Assembly (NCBI GenBank): GCA_963757645.1
Contig: CAVWTC010000015.1
Span: 93,414-157,413 of the forward strand
Source of the DNA: an uncultured Actinomycetota bacterium
GTDB taxonomy: Bacteria; Actinomycetota; Actinomycetes; Mycobacteriales; Nakamurellaceae
Reading direction: 5' to 3'
Length of the DNA: 64,000 nucleotides
Part shown: one piece after another, positions 23,486-34,885 of the stretch
Layout of the letters: every line of letters begins with the position of its first letter
How positions within the stretch are numbered: the first letter of the stretch is position 1
Program-made: the position numbers and the translations under genes
The notes under the pieces: model-generated
Database searches by the model: none
What the model was told of the DNA's origin: nothing
The model's input: only the letters and a program-made list of their open reading frames with translations

Positions 23486-24909
23486 CGGGAGACCCCGATC
23501 TCACCGGGCTGAGCGTCGACCGGCTGGATGTCGCCGGCGTTGACATCGACGGGTTGCGGATCGCCCGGCGTGACGTCGCCGGTGGCCGCGGTCGGCTCGT
23601 CCAGCTTGAACCACCGCATCGCCGTCTCCATGTCCTTGTCACCCCGACCGGACACGTTGATCAGCACGATCCCGTCGGGGCCGATCTCCCGGGCCAGGTC
23701 GACCGCGCCGGCCACCGCGTGCGCGGACTCGATGGCCGGGATGATGCCCTCGGTGCGGGACAGCAGCGCGAACGCGTCCATCGCCTGGGTGTCGGTGATC
23801 GAGCGGTACTCCGCGCGGCCGATCTCGGCCAGGTGCGAGTGTTCCGGCCCCACCCCCGGGTAGTCCAGGCCCGCGGAGATGGAGTGCGACTCGATGATCT
23901 GGCCGTCGCCGTCCTGCAGCAGATAGGACCGGGCACCGTGCAGCACGCCGACTGTGCCGCCGCTGATCGTGGAGGCGTGCCGGCCGGTGTCGATGCCGTC
24001 ACCGCCGGCCTCCATCCCGACCAGCCGGACCCCCGGGTCGTCCAGGAAGGCGTGGAAGATGCCGATGGCGTTCGATCCCCCGCCGACGCAGGCGGCGACG
24101 GCGGTCGGCAGCCGGCCGGTGAGCGCCAGCACCTGCGCCCGGGCCTCGAGCCCGATGATCCGCTGGAAATCCCGCACGATCACCGGGAACGGGTGCGGAC
24201 CGCCGACCGTGCCGAACAGGTAGAAGGTGTGGTCGACGTTGGTCACCCAGTCGCGGAACGCCTCGTTGATCGCGTCCTTGAGGGTGGACGAACCGGAGTC
24301 CACCGCGACGACCTCTGCACCGAGCAGCCGCATCCGGGCCACGTTGAGCGCCTGCCGCTCGGTGTCCACCCGGCCCATGTAGATACAGCAGTCCAGTCCG
24401 AGCAGCGCGGCGGCGGTCGCGGTGGCGACGCCGTGCTGTCCGGCGCCGGTCTCGGCGATGACCCGCTTCTTGCCCATCCGCTGCGCGAGCAGCGCCTGGC
24501 CGAGCACGTTGTTGATCTTGTGGCTGCCGGTGTGGTTGAGGTCCTCGCGCTTGAGCAGGATCTGCGCGCCGCCGACCTGCTCGGTCAGCCGCTCCGCGAC
24601 GGACAACGGGCTCGGCCGTCCGGCGTAGCTGGCGGCCAGGTAGTCAAGCCGGCCGAGGAACTCGGGATCCCGCCGGGCCTTGCGGTAGCTGTCGGCGACC
24701 TCGTCCAGGGCGCCGACCAGCGCCTCGGGCAGCCAGCGTCCGCCGAAGGAGCCGAAGTACCCGCGCTCGTCGGGGTCGTGCGTCGTGCCGGCAAGCCCGT
24801 CGGACGGCCGCGGCAACGCGCCGTCCGCGACGGTTGCCCGGGACACCCCCGGGTCCGGGACGGAGTTGGCATCAGCGGCGGGGGTGACGGGGGCAGAACT
24901 GACAGACAC
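23482..24909 (-). CDS. trpB: Tryptophan synthase beta chain
   Basis: [36 protein letters not shown]. Confidence 0.97.
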   Translation of the reverse strand: MSVSSAPVTPAADANSVPDPGVSRATVADGALPRPSDGLAGTTHDPDERGYFGSFGGRWLPEALVGALDEVADSYRKARRDPEFLGRLDYLAASYAGRPSPLSVAERLTEQVGGAQILLKREDLNHTGSHKINNVLGQALLAQRMGKKRVIAETGAGQHGVATATAAALLGLDCCIYMGRVDTERQALNVARMRLLGAEVVAVDSGSSTLKDAINEAFRDWVTNVDHTFYLFGTVGGPHPFPVIVRDFQRIIGLEARAQVLALTGRLPTAVAACVGGGSNAIGIFHAFLDDPGVRLVGMEAGGDGIDTGRHASTISGGTVGVLHGARSYLLQDGDGQIIESHSISAGLDYPGVGPEHSHLAEIGRAEYRSITDTQAMDAFALLSRTEGIIPAIESAHAVAGAVDLAREIGPDGIVLINVSGRGDKDMETAMRWFKLDEPTAATGDVTPGDPQPVDVNAGDIQPVDAQPGEIGVSR

Positions 24910-24941
24910 TCGAACTCCAGACGGTCGTCGCGCGACCCGGC

Positions 24942-25751
24942 TCAGCGGGACGGGCGCGGGCAGGACGGGTGCGAACCGGCCGTCACCAGGTCCGCGACGG
25001 CAGCGCGCGGATCCTTGCTGGTGACCAGCCCCTCACCGACGAGGACGGCGTCGGCGCCCGCGCCGGCGTAGGCCAGCAGATCGCTCGGGCCGCGGACACC
25101 GGATTCGGCGACGGTGACGACGCCGCTGGGCAACCCGGGGGCGATCCGGCCGAAGGCGTCACGGTCGACGGTGAGCGTGGTGAGATCCCTGGCGTTGACG
25201 CCGATCACCTTGGCGCCGGCGGCCAGCGCCCGGTCCGCCTCGGCCTCGGTGTGGATCTCCACCAGCGCCGTCATCCCCAGCGATTCGACCCGTTCCAAGA
25301 GCCCGTGCAGCACGTTCTGCTCCAGCGCCGCGACGATCAGCAGCACCAGGTCGGCACCGTGCGCCCGCGCCTCGTGCACCTGGTAGGGGCTGACGATGAA
25401 GTCCTTGCGCAGTACCGGGATGTCGACCGCGGCCCGGACCGCGTCCAGGTCGGCCAGCGAGCCGCCGAAGCGCCGGCCCTCGGTCAGCACCGAGATGGCC
25501 CGTGCACCGGCGTCGGCGTAGATCCCGGCAAGCCCTGCCGGGTCGGTGATGGCGGCCAGTTCACCGCGAGAGGGGCTGGCGCGCTTCACTTCCGCGATGA
25601 CGCCGACCCCGGGTTCGAGCAGCACCGGAAGAACGTTCCGGACCCGGGGGGCATCGGCCGCCATCGCCTTGATCTCGGCCAGCGGCACTCGTGATTGGCG
25701 CGCGGCAAGATCCTCTCGAACTCCGACGAGGATCCCGTCCAGCACGTTCAC
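24942..25751 (-). CDS. trpC: Indole-3-glycerol phosphate synthase
   Basis: [24 protein letters not shown]. Confidence 0.96.
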   Translation of the reverse strand: MNVLDGILVGVREDLAARQSRVPLAEIKAMAADAPRVRNVLPVLLEPGVGVIAEVKRASPSRGELAAITDPAGLAGIYADAGARAISVLTEGRRFGGSLADLDAVRAAVDIPVLRKDFIVSPYQVHEARAHGADLVLLIVAALEQNVLHGLLERVESLGMTALVEIHTEAEADRALAAGAKVIGVNARDLTTLTVDRDAFGRIAPGLPSGVVTVAESGVRGPSDLLAYAGAGADAVLVGEGLVTSKDPRAAVADLVTAGSHPSCPRPSR

Positions 25752-25895
25752 CCGATCGTCTCCCGTCCGCTCACCGATCAGTGTTGCAAATCCGTTTCGA
25801 CCAACGGCCGGATTGCCGACCGGTGTTCCGCTCACCCCCACCGGCGCATCCTTACCGGCCTGTCGCTCAGTCGGGGCCGTTCAGGGTCTGCCCAT

Positions 25896-26771
25896 TCATG
25901 TCTGGCGCCTTGCCTGCGGGTCATCGTAACCGTCCGCAGATGTCTGTTCTGACACAGTCCCTCCGGCAGAACCGGACTTCGTTCGCGGCAGGGTCGGGTC
26001 CGAACCCGAACCCGAACCCGGAGCCGTTGCGGAACCCGTCGCGGACGCCGTGCCGACATCACCACCGGTGGCACCGACCACCTCGGATGCAGAACCGCCA
26101 GTACCGTCGACCTCCGGGTCGCTCCCGGTGGCTGTCCGCGGTGCGCCGTCGGTCGGATCCGTTCCGGCGTCCAGCGCCTTCCACCAGTCGCCCTGCTCGA
26201 GGGCGCCGGCGTCGCCGGTGCCGGTGGAGCGGCGGCCAGCCGTCCGGTCGTAGCGGGCGCCGAGCCGGCGGGCGCCGACTCCCAGCGCAACCAACACGCC
26301 GGCCGCGGTCAGCAGGATGCCGCCCAGCAGCGCCAGGGCGGGGCCGAGGGCGTGCAGTTGCGCTTCACCCACCAGCTGCGCCGGGCGGGTCAGCGAACCG
26401 GCCAGTCCCGACGGTGGCGTCCCGAAGGAGAAGGCGGCGCGGGCGGTGACGGCGATCCCTGCGGCCAGCAGCACCAGACCGACGAGCCGGCGGGCGACGC
26501 CGCCGGTGGCCAGGGCGGCGCCCAGCCCGGCCAGACCCACCAGTGCCAGCGGGACGAGTTCCGGCAGGCAGGACGCACCGGACAGGGTGACCGTCAACGG
26601 CCCGGTGAGCGGGTCGACATACTCGGCGGACCACCAGGTCACGCCAGCGGAGATCGCCACCAGGGCGGCGCCGCCGAGACCTACCAGGAGGACGACGACC
26701 ACCCGGCGCCCCCGGCGAGCAGCCGCTGAGCTGCCGTTCGCCGCCGTCGCCGCGCCGTTCTGCTCAGTCAC
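25896..26771 (-). CDS. Trp biosynthesis-associated membrane protein
   Basis: About 4 TM segments, [17 protein letters not shown]; located between trpE and trpC. Confidence 0.85.
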   Translation of the reverse strand: MTEQNGAATAANGSSAAARRGRRVVVVLLVGLGGAALVAISAGVTWWSAEYVDPLTGPLTVTLSGASCLPELVPLALVGLAGLGAALATGGVARRLVGLVLLAAGIAVTARAAFSFGTPPSGLAGSLTRPAQLVGEAQLHALGPALALLGGILLTAAGVLVALGVGARRLGARYDRTAGRRSTGTGDAGALEQGDWWKALDAGTDPTDGAPRTATGSDPEVDGTGGSASEVVGATGGDVGTASATGSATAPGSGSGSDPTLPRTKSGSAGGTVSEQTSADGYDDPQARRQT

Positions 26772-28335
26772 CGACCGGCCTCAGCGTGGCCGCCGCGCCG
26801 ATGGCCGCGAGAACCGCCGCCGCCTTGCCCTGACACTCGGCGTCCTCGGCGGCGGGGACGGAGTCCGCGACGACCCCCGCCCCGGCCTGCACCCGGGCCA
26901 TTCCGCCCGCGACGAGGGCGGTGCGGATGGTGATCGCGGTGTCCGCGTCGCCGGCGAAGTCGAGGTACCCGACGACTCCCCCGTACACCCCGCGCCGGGA
27001 CGGCTCCAGCTCGTCGATGATCTGCATCGCCCGGGGTTTCGGCGCTCCGGACAGCGTGCCGGCCGGGAAGCAGGCGGCGAGCGCGTCGTAGGCGGTGCGG
27101 TCGGGAGCCAGCCGCCCGGTGACTGTGGAGACGATGTGCATGACGTGGCTGTACCGCTCGATGGTGAAGAACTCGACCACCTTGACGCTGCCCGCCGCGC
27201 ACACCCGGCCGAGGTCGTTGCGGCCCAGGTCGACGAGCATCACGTGCTCGCTGCGTTCTTTGGCGTCCGCCAGCAGATCCTTGGCCAGCAACACGTCGTC
27301 CTCGTCCGTGCTGCCCCGCGGCCTGGTCCCGGCGATGGGGTGCATCGTCACCAGACCGCCCCGGACGGTCACCAGGGCTTCCGGCGACGACCCGACCACC
27401 GCGATCGGATCCCCGTCTGGGGTGGGCAGCCGCAGCAGATACATGTAGGGGCTCGGGTTGGTGGCCCGGAGCACCCGGTAGATGTCCAGCGGGGCGGCCT
27501 GTGTCGGCACGTCGAATCGTTGCGACAGCACGATCTGGAAGGCGTCTCCGGCGCGGATGTGTTCCTTGGCGACCTCGACCATCGCCCGGTACTCGGTGGA
27601 CCCGATGCGCCGGGTGACGTCCGGGTGGGTGTGCGAGAACACCGCAGCGGGCAGCGAGATCGGCGCCGCGAGACGTTCGCTCATGGCGGTGAGCCGCTGC
27701 ACGGCGTCGTCATAGGCGGCGTCCACCCGCTCGTCGCTGGCGTCCCAGTTGACGGCGTTCGCGATCAACGTGACGGTGCCCTCGTGGTGGTCGAGCGCGG
27801 CCAGGTCCGTCGCCAGCAGCATCACCAACTCCGGCACCCCCAGCTCGTCCACCGCTCCCCCGCCGGCCGGACCGCCGATCCGCTCGAGCCGGCGGACGAC
27901 GTCATAGCCGAGGTAGCCGACCATCCCGCCGGTCAGCGGCGGCAGGTCGGCCAGCGGCTCGGTGTGCAACAACCGCAGCGTGTCGGCGAGTGCCTGCAGC
28001 GGGTCGCCGCCGGTCGGCAACCCGACCGGGGGTTCGCCGAGCCAGTGCGCCTCGCCGGCCCGTTCGGTCAGCGCCGCGGGCGCGGCCACGCCGACGAACG
28101 ACCACCGGGACCAGGAGTGCCCGTTCTCCGCCGACTCCAGCAGGAACGTGCCGGGGCGGTCCCCGGCCAGGGTGGCGTACAGGCCCACCGGAGTGATCGA
28201 GTCGGCCAGCAGCCGCCGGGTGACCGGGATGACCCGCCGATCTCGGGCCAGATCGCGGAACTCCTGGCGGCTCGGGGTGACCTCGCCGAGGGCGCGCTGG
28301 GTGCCGCGCGTCGGCGGAGGCGAGGGCACGGACAT
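26764..28335 (-). CDS. trpE: Anthranilate synthase component I
   Basis: [40 protein letters not shown] 7 nt before ATG 28335. Confidence 0.96.
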   Translation of the reverse strand: MSVPSPPPTRGTQRALGEVTPSRQEFRDLARDRRVIPVTRRLLADSITPVGLYATLAGDRPGTFLLESAENGHSWSRWSFVGVAAPAALTERAGEAHWLGEPPVGLPTGGDPLQALADTLRLLHTEPLADLPPLTGGMVGYLGYDVVRRLERIGGPAGGGAVDELGVPELVMLLATDLAALDHHEGTVTLIANAVNWDASDERVDAAYDDAVQRLTAMSERLAAPISLPAAVFSHTHPDVTRRIGSTEYRAMVEVAKEHIRAGDAFQIVLSQRFDVPTQAAPLDIYRVLRATNPSPYMYLLRLPTPDGDPIAVVGSSPEALVTVRGGLVTMHPIAGTRPRGSTDEDDVLLAKDLLADAKERSEHVMLVDLGRNDLGRVCAAGSVKVVEFFTIERYSHVMHIVSTVTGRLAPDRTAYDALAACFPAGTLSGAPKPRAMQIIDELEPSRRGVYGGVVGYLDFAGDADTAITIRTALVAGGMARVQAGAGVVADSVPAAEDAECQGKAAAVLAAIGAAATLRPVGD

Positions 28336-28367
28336 GGCGGCCATTGTGCCGGTCGTACCGTGTGCCG

Positions 28368-29600
28368 GTGACCGCCGCGCCCGATGGGCAAGACCCTGCC
28401 GACCACTCGATCGACTCGGCCCTCGACGCGGCCGCCGGCGCAGTGGCGGCGCGGGCCCGGGTCGCGGCGTGGACCGACCGGCAGACCGAGGCGGACCTGC
28501 GCCGCCGCGGGTCGCTCAAGTGGACGGCCACCGAGCAGGGCGTCCTCGGCGCCTGGGTGGCGGAGATGGACCTGCCGCTCGCCCCGGCCATCGTCGACGC
28601 CCTGCACGCCGCCGCGGATCGCGGCCTGACCGGCTACCTACCGGCGCACCTAAATGCTGCGGTCGGCGCCGCCACCGCGCGCTGGCAGGCCCGATACGGC
28701 TGGCAGATCGATCCGACCGGCGTGCACCCGGTGGCCTCCGTCGTCGCCGCGCTGCGGATCGTGCTGAACCACCTGACCGACCGGGCCGCGCCGGTCGTCC
28801 TGCCGACGCCCGCCTACATGCCGTTCCTGACCGTCCCGGAGCTGGCCGGCCGGGAGCTGATCACGGTGCCCATGCGACTGGACGCCGACCGGTGGTCGCT
28901 GGATCTGGACGCCATCCGCGCGGCACTGCGACCCGGCGCACTGCTGGTGCTGACGAACCCGCACAACCCGACCGGCAGGGTGTTCGGCACCGAAGAGCTG
29001 CTGGCGGTGGCCGACCTGGTCGCGGCGGCGGACGCCACCGTCTTCGCCGACGAGATCCATGCCCCGCTGGTCTACCCGGGCGCCACGTTCCGGCCCTACG
29101 CGTCGCTCGCCGCGGAGACCGCCGCACACACGATCACCGGCACGTCGGCCTCCAAGGGCTGGAACGTCGCGGGTCTCGGGTGCGCGCAGCTGATCCTGTC
29201 CGACGACCGCAGCCGGAACCGCTGGACGCAGATCGATCCGGTGGAGTGGTACGGCGCGACTCCACTGGGCGCCGTCGCGACAGTGGCCGCGTACACCGAG
29301 GGCGGCGAGCATCTGGACGCCGTGCTCGATTACCTGCGCGGAGGCCGGGACCTGTTCGCCGCCGAGCTGTCGGTGTCGCTGCCCAGTGCGCGGATCTTCC
29401 CGCTCGAGGGCACCTATCTCGGTTGGCTCGATCTCCGTGAGACCGGCTGCACGCCAGGTGATGTCGTCGATCGGGCCAGGGTGCGAGGGGTGGACGGCAG
29501 GTTCTGCGGCACGCCCGGTTTCCTGCGGGTGAACCTGGCGATGCCGCACCACCTGGTTCGGGAGATGGCGGTCCGGTTGGGTGGCTGTGCATCCTCCTGA
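28368..29600 (+). CDS. MalY/PatB-family PLP-dependent C-S lyase
   Basis: SLKW, WVAEMD, NPHNPTG, DEIH, SASKGWN. Confidence 0.9.
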   Translation: MTAAPDGQDPADHSIDSALDAAAGAVAARARVAAWTDRQTEADLRRRGSLKWTATEQGVLGAWVAEMDLPLAPAIVDALHAAADRGLTGYLPAHLNAAVGAATARWQARYGWQIDPTGVHPVASVVAALRIVLNHLTDRAAPVVLPTPAYMPFLTVPELAGRELITVPMRLDADRWSLDLDAIRAALRPGALLVLTNPHNPTGRVFGTEELLAVADLVAAADATVFADEIHAPLVYPGATFRPYASLAAETAAHTITGTSASKGWNVAGLGCAQLILSDDRSRNRWTQIDPVEWYGATPLGAVATVAAYTEGGEHLDAVLDYLRGGRDLFAAELSVSLPSARIFPLEGTYLGWLDLRETGCTPGDVVDRARVRGVDGRFCGTPGFLRVNLAMPHHLVREMAVRLGGCASS

Positions 29601-30390
29601 CCCGGCGACCCGGACCGGAACCGGTCGAGCCGGCCAGGGCATCGGCGTGCTGGACCTGGAACGGGTCGCCGCCCGGGGCTGGCAAGCCACCACCACCGCC
29701 CGGCTCGGACAATGGCTGTTCCGCGCCGGGTCCGGTTTCACCGGCCGGGCGAATTCGGTGCTGCCGCTGGGATCTCCCGGCCGCGATTTCCCGGCGGCCC
29801 TGACCGAGGTCGACCGGTTCTATCGGCGTCACCGGCTGCCCGCGCTGTTCCAGGTGCCGCAGTGCGACGGGACTGCCGATCTCGAAGCCTTTCTCGATCA
29901 ACGAGGATGGCAGCCGTTCAGCCCGACGCTGGTGCTCACCGCCGACTCCCACGCCTGCGCCGCGCTCTGTCCCCCGATCGCCGGATGGGGACCGGCATCG
30001 TTCGCGGACCGGCCGTCGGCGCAGTGGCTGGACGGTTACCTCTATCGCGGCCGGACGCTTCCGCCATCCGCCGTCGCGGTTCTGGTCGACGCCGATCCGG
30101 TGGTTTTCGGATCCGTCACCGATTCCGACGCAGTGGTGGCGGTCGCCCGGGGAGTGTTGACCGACGGATGGCTGGGCGTCACGGCGCTGACCGTCCAACC
30201 CGCCCGTCGGCGTGCTGGCGCCGGCCGGCACCTGATGGGAGAGCTGTTGCGCTGGGGGGTGGCTCGCGGCGCCCGCGACTGCTACCTGCAGGTGGCCGCC
30301 GACAACGCCGCGCCGCTCGCGCTGTACGAGCGGCTGGGCTTCGCCGAACGTCACCGGTACCACTACCGACGGCACCGCGCCCCGCCCTGA
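29581..30390 (+). CDS. GNAT N-acetyltransferase
   Basis: GFTGRANS, RRAGAG, YLQV, LYERLGF. Confidence 0.88.
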   Translation: MAVHPPDPATRTGTGRAGQGIGVLDLERVAARGWQATTTARLGQWLFRAGSGFTGRANSVLPLGSPGRDFPAALTEVDRFYRRHRLPALFQVPQCDGTADLEAFLDQRGWQPFSPTLVLTADSHACAALCPPIAGWGPASFADRPSAQWLDGYLYRGRTLPPSAVAVLVDADPVVFGSVTDSDAVVAVARGVLTDGWLGVTALTVQPARRRAGAGRHLMGELLRWGVARGARDCYLQVAADNAAPLALYERLGFAERHRYHYRRHRAPP

Positions 30391-30413
30391 CGGCGCCGGG
30401 CAGCCGGGTCGGG

Positions 30414-30464
30414 GCCGCCGGACCAGGGCCGCCGGACCAGCGCCGCCGGACCAGCGCCGCCGGA
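30414..30464. repeat. 14-bp tandem repeat GCCGCCGGACCAGS x~3.6
   Basis: Lies in the convergent GNAT/hisI intergenic region. Confidence 0.85.
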
Positions 30465-30492
30465 TCCGGACAGCCGGCTCGGGGCTGCCGGA

Positions 30493-30846
30493 TCATGGCA
30501 GCAGGATCATCCCGTCGTCGAAGCACGTCCGGCTGCCGGTGTGGCAGGCGACGCCGGTCTGGTCGACCAGCACCAGCAGGGTGTCGCCGTCGCAGTCCCT
30601 GCGGACCTCGACCACCCGCTGGGTGTTGCCCGACGTTGCCCCCTTCACCCAGTACTCCCGGCGGGACCTGGAAAAGTACGTCGCCGCACCGGTTGTCACT
30701 GTGCGGCGCAACGCTTCCGCGTCCATCCACGCGACCATGAGCACCTCTTTGCTGTCGAACTGCTGCACCACCGCGCACACCAGGCCGGCGTCGTTGAAGC
30801 GCAGCCCCTCCGTGGGATCGGTGGCAGGGCCGGCATCCGACGTCAT
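30493..30846 (-). CDS. hisI: Phosphoribosyl-AMP cyclohydrolase
   Basis: [30 protein letters not shown]. Confidence 0.96.
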   Translation of the reverse strand: MTSDAGPATDPTEGLRFNDAGLVCAVVQQFDSKEVLMVAWMDAEALRRTVTTGAATYFSRSRREYWVKGATSGNTQRVVEVRRDCDGDTLLVLVDQTGVACHTGSRTCFDDGMILLP

Positions 30847-31643
30847 CGGTCCACCGCCTGCAGCGACTCGCGGACCGGGTAACCGGCCGCGGCGAGTTGC
30901 CGTTTGACCGCGTCGATCCGCAGCTGCCCGAAGTGGAAGACCGATGCGGCCAGCACGGCATCGGCACCGGCGGCGACGGCCTCAGGGAAGTGGTTCAGCG
31001 AGCCTGCCCCGCCCGAGGCGATCAACGGCACCCCGACGGCGTCCCTGATCAGCCGCAGCATCTCGGTGTCGAACCCGTCCTTGGTGCCGTCGGCGTCCAT
31101 CGAGGTGAGCAGGATCTCCCCCGCGCCCGACGACTCCGCCAGCTCGGCCCACCGCAGCGCGTCGATGCCGGTCCCCCGCCGGCCGCCGTGCGTGGTGACT
31201 TCGAAACCCGACGGGCAGTCCGGGGCACTGTCCGCGGTGACCCGCCGTGCGTCGATCGCGATCACCACGCACTGCGAGCCGTAACGGTTGGCGGCCTCGG
31301 ACAGGAACCCGGGCCGCGCCACGGCCGCCGAGTTGATCGACACCTTATCGGCGCCGGCTCGCAGCAGGGCGTCGATGTCCTCGATCGTCCGCACGCCGCC
31401 GCCCACGGTCAGCGGGATGAACACCTGCTCGGCGGTGCGGCGGATCATCTCGTAGGCGCTGCGCCGGTTGTCGCTGGTGGCGGTGATGTCCAGGAACGTC
31501 AGCTCGTCGGCGCCCTCCGCGTCGTACCGGCGGCCCAGTTCCACCGGGTCACCTGCGTCAACCAGGCCGACGAAGTTGACGCCCTTGACCACCCGGCCCT
31601 CGGAGACGTCGAGGCAGGGGATGACGCGAACGGCGACGGGCAT
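30843..31643 (-). CDS. hisF: Imidazole glycerol phosphate synthase cyclase subunit
   Basis: [34 protein letters not shown] 6 nt before ATG. Confidence 0.97.
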   Translation of the reverse strand: MPVAVRVIPCLDVSEGRVVKGVNFVGLVDAGDPVELGRRYDAEGADELTFLDITATSDNRRSAYEMIRRTAEQVFIPLTVGGGVRTIEDIDALLRAGADKVSINSAAVARPGFLSEAANRYGSQCVVIAIDARRVTADSAPDCPSGFEVTTHGGRRGTGIDALRWAELAESSGAGEILLTSMDADGTKDGFDTEMLRLIRDAVGVPLIASGGAGSLNHFPEAVAAGADAVLAASVFHFGQLRIDAVKRQLAAAGYPVRESLQAVDR

Positions 31644-31693
31644 GCGACCAGCCTACGAAGCGCCGCGGGCCGCCGGCGCTCGCTATCATCACT

Positions 31694-31817
31694 GGCGGCG
31701 CCCAGGACGCCACCGGTCCGCGGAAACAGGCTCAGCCTGCCTGGGTTCACAGGCACGATCGACCGGCCTCCCCTTCGGCCCGATTGAGCGGACATCGGGT
31801 TGCCGAAAGGGGTCCGT
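31694..31817 (+). ncRNA. Candidate structured 5' leader RNA of the ankyrin gene
   Basis: TATCAT -10 at 31684. Hairpin 31770-31812 covers the RBS, and its loop GCGGAC is complementary to GTCCGC at 31716-31721. Confidence 0.5.
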
Positions 31818-33242
31818 GTGCTGTCGCTGCAGAACAATCCCGATCTGGCGCATTTCCGGCGGGACGCAAGGAATCTGCTCCGCGCAGCCAGGGCCGGTGA
31901 TCCCTCCGCGCTCGCCGCTGTCACCAGCCAACGGGCACCGCAACCGACGCTGGCCGCGGCCCAACGCGCGGTCGCCCGCGCCTACGGTTTTGCCACCTGG
32001 CCCCGGCTGCGGGCCTACCTGGACATCGCGCGGGATCTGAGCCGCGACCCGACCAGGGATCAACCCGGCGAGGAGTCCGCGGATCGATTCGTCCGGTTGG
32101 CCTGCCTGGTCTACAGCGAGAAGGACGGACCCGAGCGTTGGGCGGCCGCCGCAGGCCTGCTGGGTGCCAACCCGGATCTCCCCCGACGCACTATCGCCGC
32201 CGCCGCGGCGGCCGCCGACCCCGCCGCCGTCGCCGATCACCTCGATGCCGACCCCGGTGCCGCCGTGCGGCAGTCGGGACCCCACCGATGGGCGCCGCTG
32301 CTGTATCTGACGTACTCCCGGGTGCACACCGCCGAGCCTGCCGACCGTTTCCTGCGGGTGGCGGGGCTGCTGCTCGACGCCGGCGCGGACCCCGACGCCG
32401 GTTACCTGTGGTCCGGGCTGCCGACACCGTTCACGGTGTTGACCGGCGTCTTCGGTGAGGGCGAACAGGGTGCGGGCAAGCAGCCCCGTCATCCGCACGA
32501 ACAGCAGCTGGCCCGGGCGTTGCTGACCGCCGGTGCCGATCCGAACGACGGACAAGCGTTGTACAACAGGATGTTCCGGCCGGACGATTCTCACCTCACG
32601 ATCCTGTTCGAGTTCGGCCTCGGCCGCCGCAGCGGCGGGCCGTGGGTACGGCGGCTGGGCGATGCCCTCGAGCCGCCGCAGCAGATGTTCAGCAGGCAAC
32701 TCGGCTGGGCCCTCGATCACGGCTTCGACGACCGGGTCCGCCTGCTTCTCGAACACGGGATCGACGTGCGCCGCCCGTTGCTCGACGGTCGGACCGCCGT
32801 CGAGCACGCGGTCGCAGCCGGTCGGATGCACCTGCTTCCGGAGCTGTATCGGGCGGGCGCGGCGGCGGCGATGGTCGACCCGGCCGACCGTCTGGTGAGT
32901 GCATTACTGCACCCGGGAGCGGCCGACGCGGATGCGGCGGGCCATCAGGCCGCCCTGGACGCCCTGCGCAGCCGGCGACCGGACCTGATCCACGACGCCA
33001 CCACTGCGGCCGCGGTGGCCGCCGTGACCGCCGCGGGCTTCGATGTCGATGCCCGCCGCGGCGGCTCCACCGCGCTGCATCAGGCAGCGTTCGCGGGCGA
33101 CATCGCGGTGCTGTCGGCGCTGCTGCGGGCCGGCGCCGACCCGGCCCTGCGTGACGACGAGCACCACAGCACGCCCCGCCACTGGGCGCTGTATGCCGGC
33201 CAGGCAGCGGCGGCCGCATTGCTGAAAGGCGGACCGGGCTGA
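31818..33242 (+). CDS. Ankyrin-repeat protein
   Basis: LLDAGADPD, LLTAGADPND, TALHQAAFAG, LLRAGADP; N-terminal AQRAVARAYGFATWPRL domain. Confidence 0.88.
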   Translation: MLSLQNNPDLAHFRRDARNLLRAARAGDPSALAAVTSQRAPQPTLAAAQRAVARAYGFATWPRLRAYLDIARDLSRDPTRDQPGEESADRFVRLACLVYSEKDGPERWAAAAGLLGANPDLPRRTIAAAAAAADPAAVADHLDADPGAAVRQSGPHRWAPLLYLTYSRVHTAEPADRFLRVAGLLLDAGADPDAGYLWSGLPTPFTVLTGVFGEGEQGAGKQPRHPHEQQLARALLTAGADPNDGQALYNRMFRPDDSHLTILFEFGLGRRSGGPWVRRLGDALEPPQQMFSRQLGWALDHGFDDRVRLLLEHGIDVRRPLLDGRTAVEHAVAAGRMHLLPELYRAGAAAAMVDPADRLVSALLHPGAADADAAGHQAALDALRSRRPDLIHDATTAAAVAAVTAAGFDVDARRGGSTALHQAAFAGDIAVLSALLRAGADPALRDDEHHSTPRHWALYAGQAAAAALLKGGPG

Positions 33243-33305
33243 CTGGTTCGTCGGTCGGGCGCGAGAACTCCCCACCGCACTCGTGCCGGCCTCGTCCGCC
33301 GCCGG

Positions 33306-34504
33306 TCAGCCGGGATCGGTGTCGCTGGGCCGGACGCCAGGGGCGGCCCCGGCACGCAGCTGGGGCAGCGCGAGTAGTGGGCAGGCGATGACCGAGAGCA
33401 GGCCGGCGGCGACGAGCGCCGCATAGTTGGCGGCAGGGATCAGGTCAAGGTCCACGCCGATCGCTCCGGCGACGACCGGGATGCTCAGCGACGTTGCCTG
33501 CAGCAGTCCCGCGCCGACGAGTTGGCCGGGCCGGTCGGCGAGTGGCCTGTAGAGCAGCGCGGGCACTGCGCGCACGATGAGCAGTGCGACGAGGAACAGT
33601 CCGACCTTGGCCAGTGCGGATGGTTCGGCGAGGCTGCGGATGTCGAGCGACATGCCGGTGGAGACGAAGAAGAACGGTACGAAGATGCCGAACCCCGCCG
33701 CCCGGAGCTTGGTACGGAAAAGCGTGTGTGTCATCTGCTGGTCGCGGTCGACGACGGCGAGGGTGGCACCTGCCAGGAAAGCGCCGAGTATGGCTTCCAC
33801 GCCGAACCCGGTGGCCAGCGCCGTGCACAGCAGCAGCGCGAAAGCGCCGCGACGCGGATCTCGGCGGTGGTTTCTTGCAGCGCGAGCAGTGCCCGGGAGA
33901 TCCGCCGTGATCGCTCCAGGCTGGAGAGCGCAGTCGTCGCGGCTAGGACGAAGGCCAGGAACGCCGCGAGCAGGGTCAGTTGGGAGCCGATTCCGGTTGC
34001 CTGCTCGGAGAACAGCAGCGACAGCAGCACGATGGGAACCACCTCGGCGATCGACGCACCGGCGATGATCACCTGCCCGAAGCGCGTGCCGGTCTGGCCC
34101 GCATCTTTCAGGATGGGCAGGATGATTCCCAGACTGGTCGCCGACAGGATGACGGCGATCAACAGCGGCGAGTGGACGACGCCGGTTGCGCCGAGCAGCC
34201 AACCGGCGCCGATCGCGATCGCAAATGACAGCGCGAAAGCGGCGACCGTGAGCCGGAGAACCCGGCCGCGCAACCGGTCGAAGTCGATTTCCAGCCCGGA
34301 CAGCAGGAGCAGAAAGGCGAGGCCGATCAACGACAAAACCCGAACCGGTTCATCGACGCGTGCCCACGCAAGCACCTGCGGACCGATCACGATGCCGACG
34401 AGAATGTCGACGACAACCTCCGGAACGCGAATCCGCAAGAGCCGCAGGACCAGCGGGACACAAAAGGCCACCGCCGCGACGATCGCCGCCGAAGCCAGGG
34501 TCAC
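33306..34504 (-). pseudogene. CPA2 cation:proton antiporter with a single frameshift at about 33850 (pseudogene or sequencing error)
   Basis: The N-terminal frame (GIVIGP, GLEID, SATSLG) and C-terminal frame (GAFLAG, PFFFVSTG) join if one C is restored, giving EIRVRGAF. Confidence 0.8.
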
Positions 34505-34579
34505 CGGGTCACCCGTTCCGACGTCGGCAGCTTCGACGACGATACCGGTGCCAACGTCCGGTAGTTCGTGCAGCGGTGC

Positions 34580-34834
34580 TCAGGCGCGCCAGTAATTGTT
34601 CGCCGCGGCGATCGTCTGGAATTCGATGGCCACCACCTGACTGGCTGCGATGAGGCTGTCCGGGTCGGTGGAATAATGTGGCCGGTCGCCCTTGAGGATG
34701 TCCAGGTCCGGCTGGATGTTGTGCACGCTGTGCCGGGCCAGCAGAAATGCCAGTGCTCGTCCCTCCTCCGGGCTCGGGGTGATCAATGTCCCGCCCGGGA
34801 CCATGACGAGTTCTTCTGCCGGGAGATGGTTCAT
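34580..34834 (-). CDS. Hexameric tyrosine-coordinated haem protein (HTHP)-like
   Basis: TLITPSPEEG..LAR...QPD...R..Y..D..LIA...FQTIAAANNYW resembles the HTHP family from memory; the putative haem-ligand Tyr is present. Confidence 0.8.
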   Translation of the reverse strand: MNHLPAEELVMVPGGTLITPSPEEGRALAFLLARHSVHNIQPDLDILKGDRPHYSTDPDSLIAASQVVAIEFQTIAAANNYWRA

Positions 34835-34885
34835 GTCATTTCCTGTTCTGCTTCGACGTGTACATCGGTGATGAAGGCCGCTGGT

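Noticed and set aside
25990-26025. CCCGAA short repeats
   Set aside because: They encode the low-complexity GSGSGS tail of the Trp-associated membrane protein.
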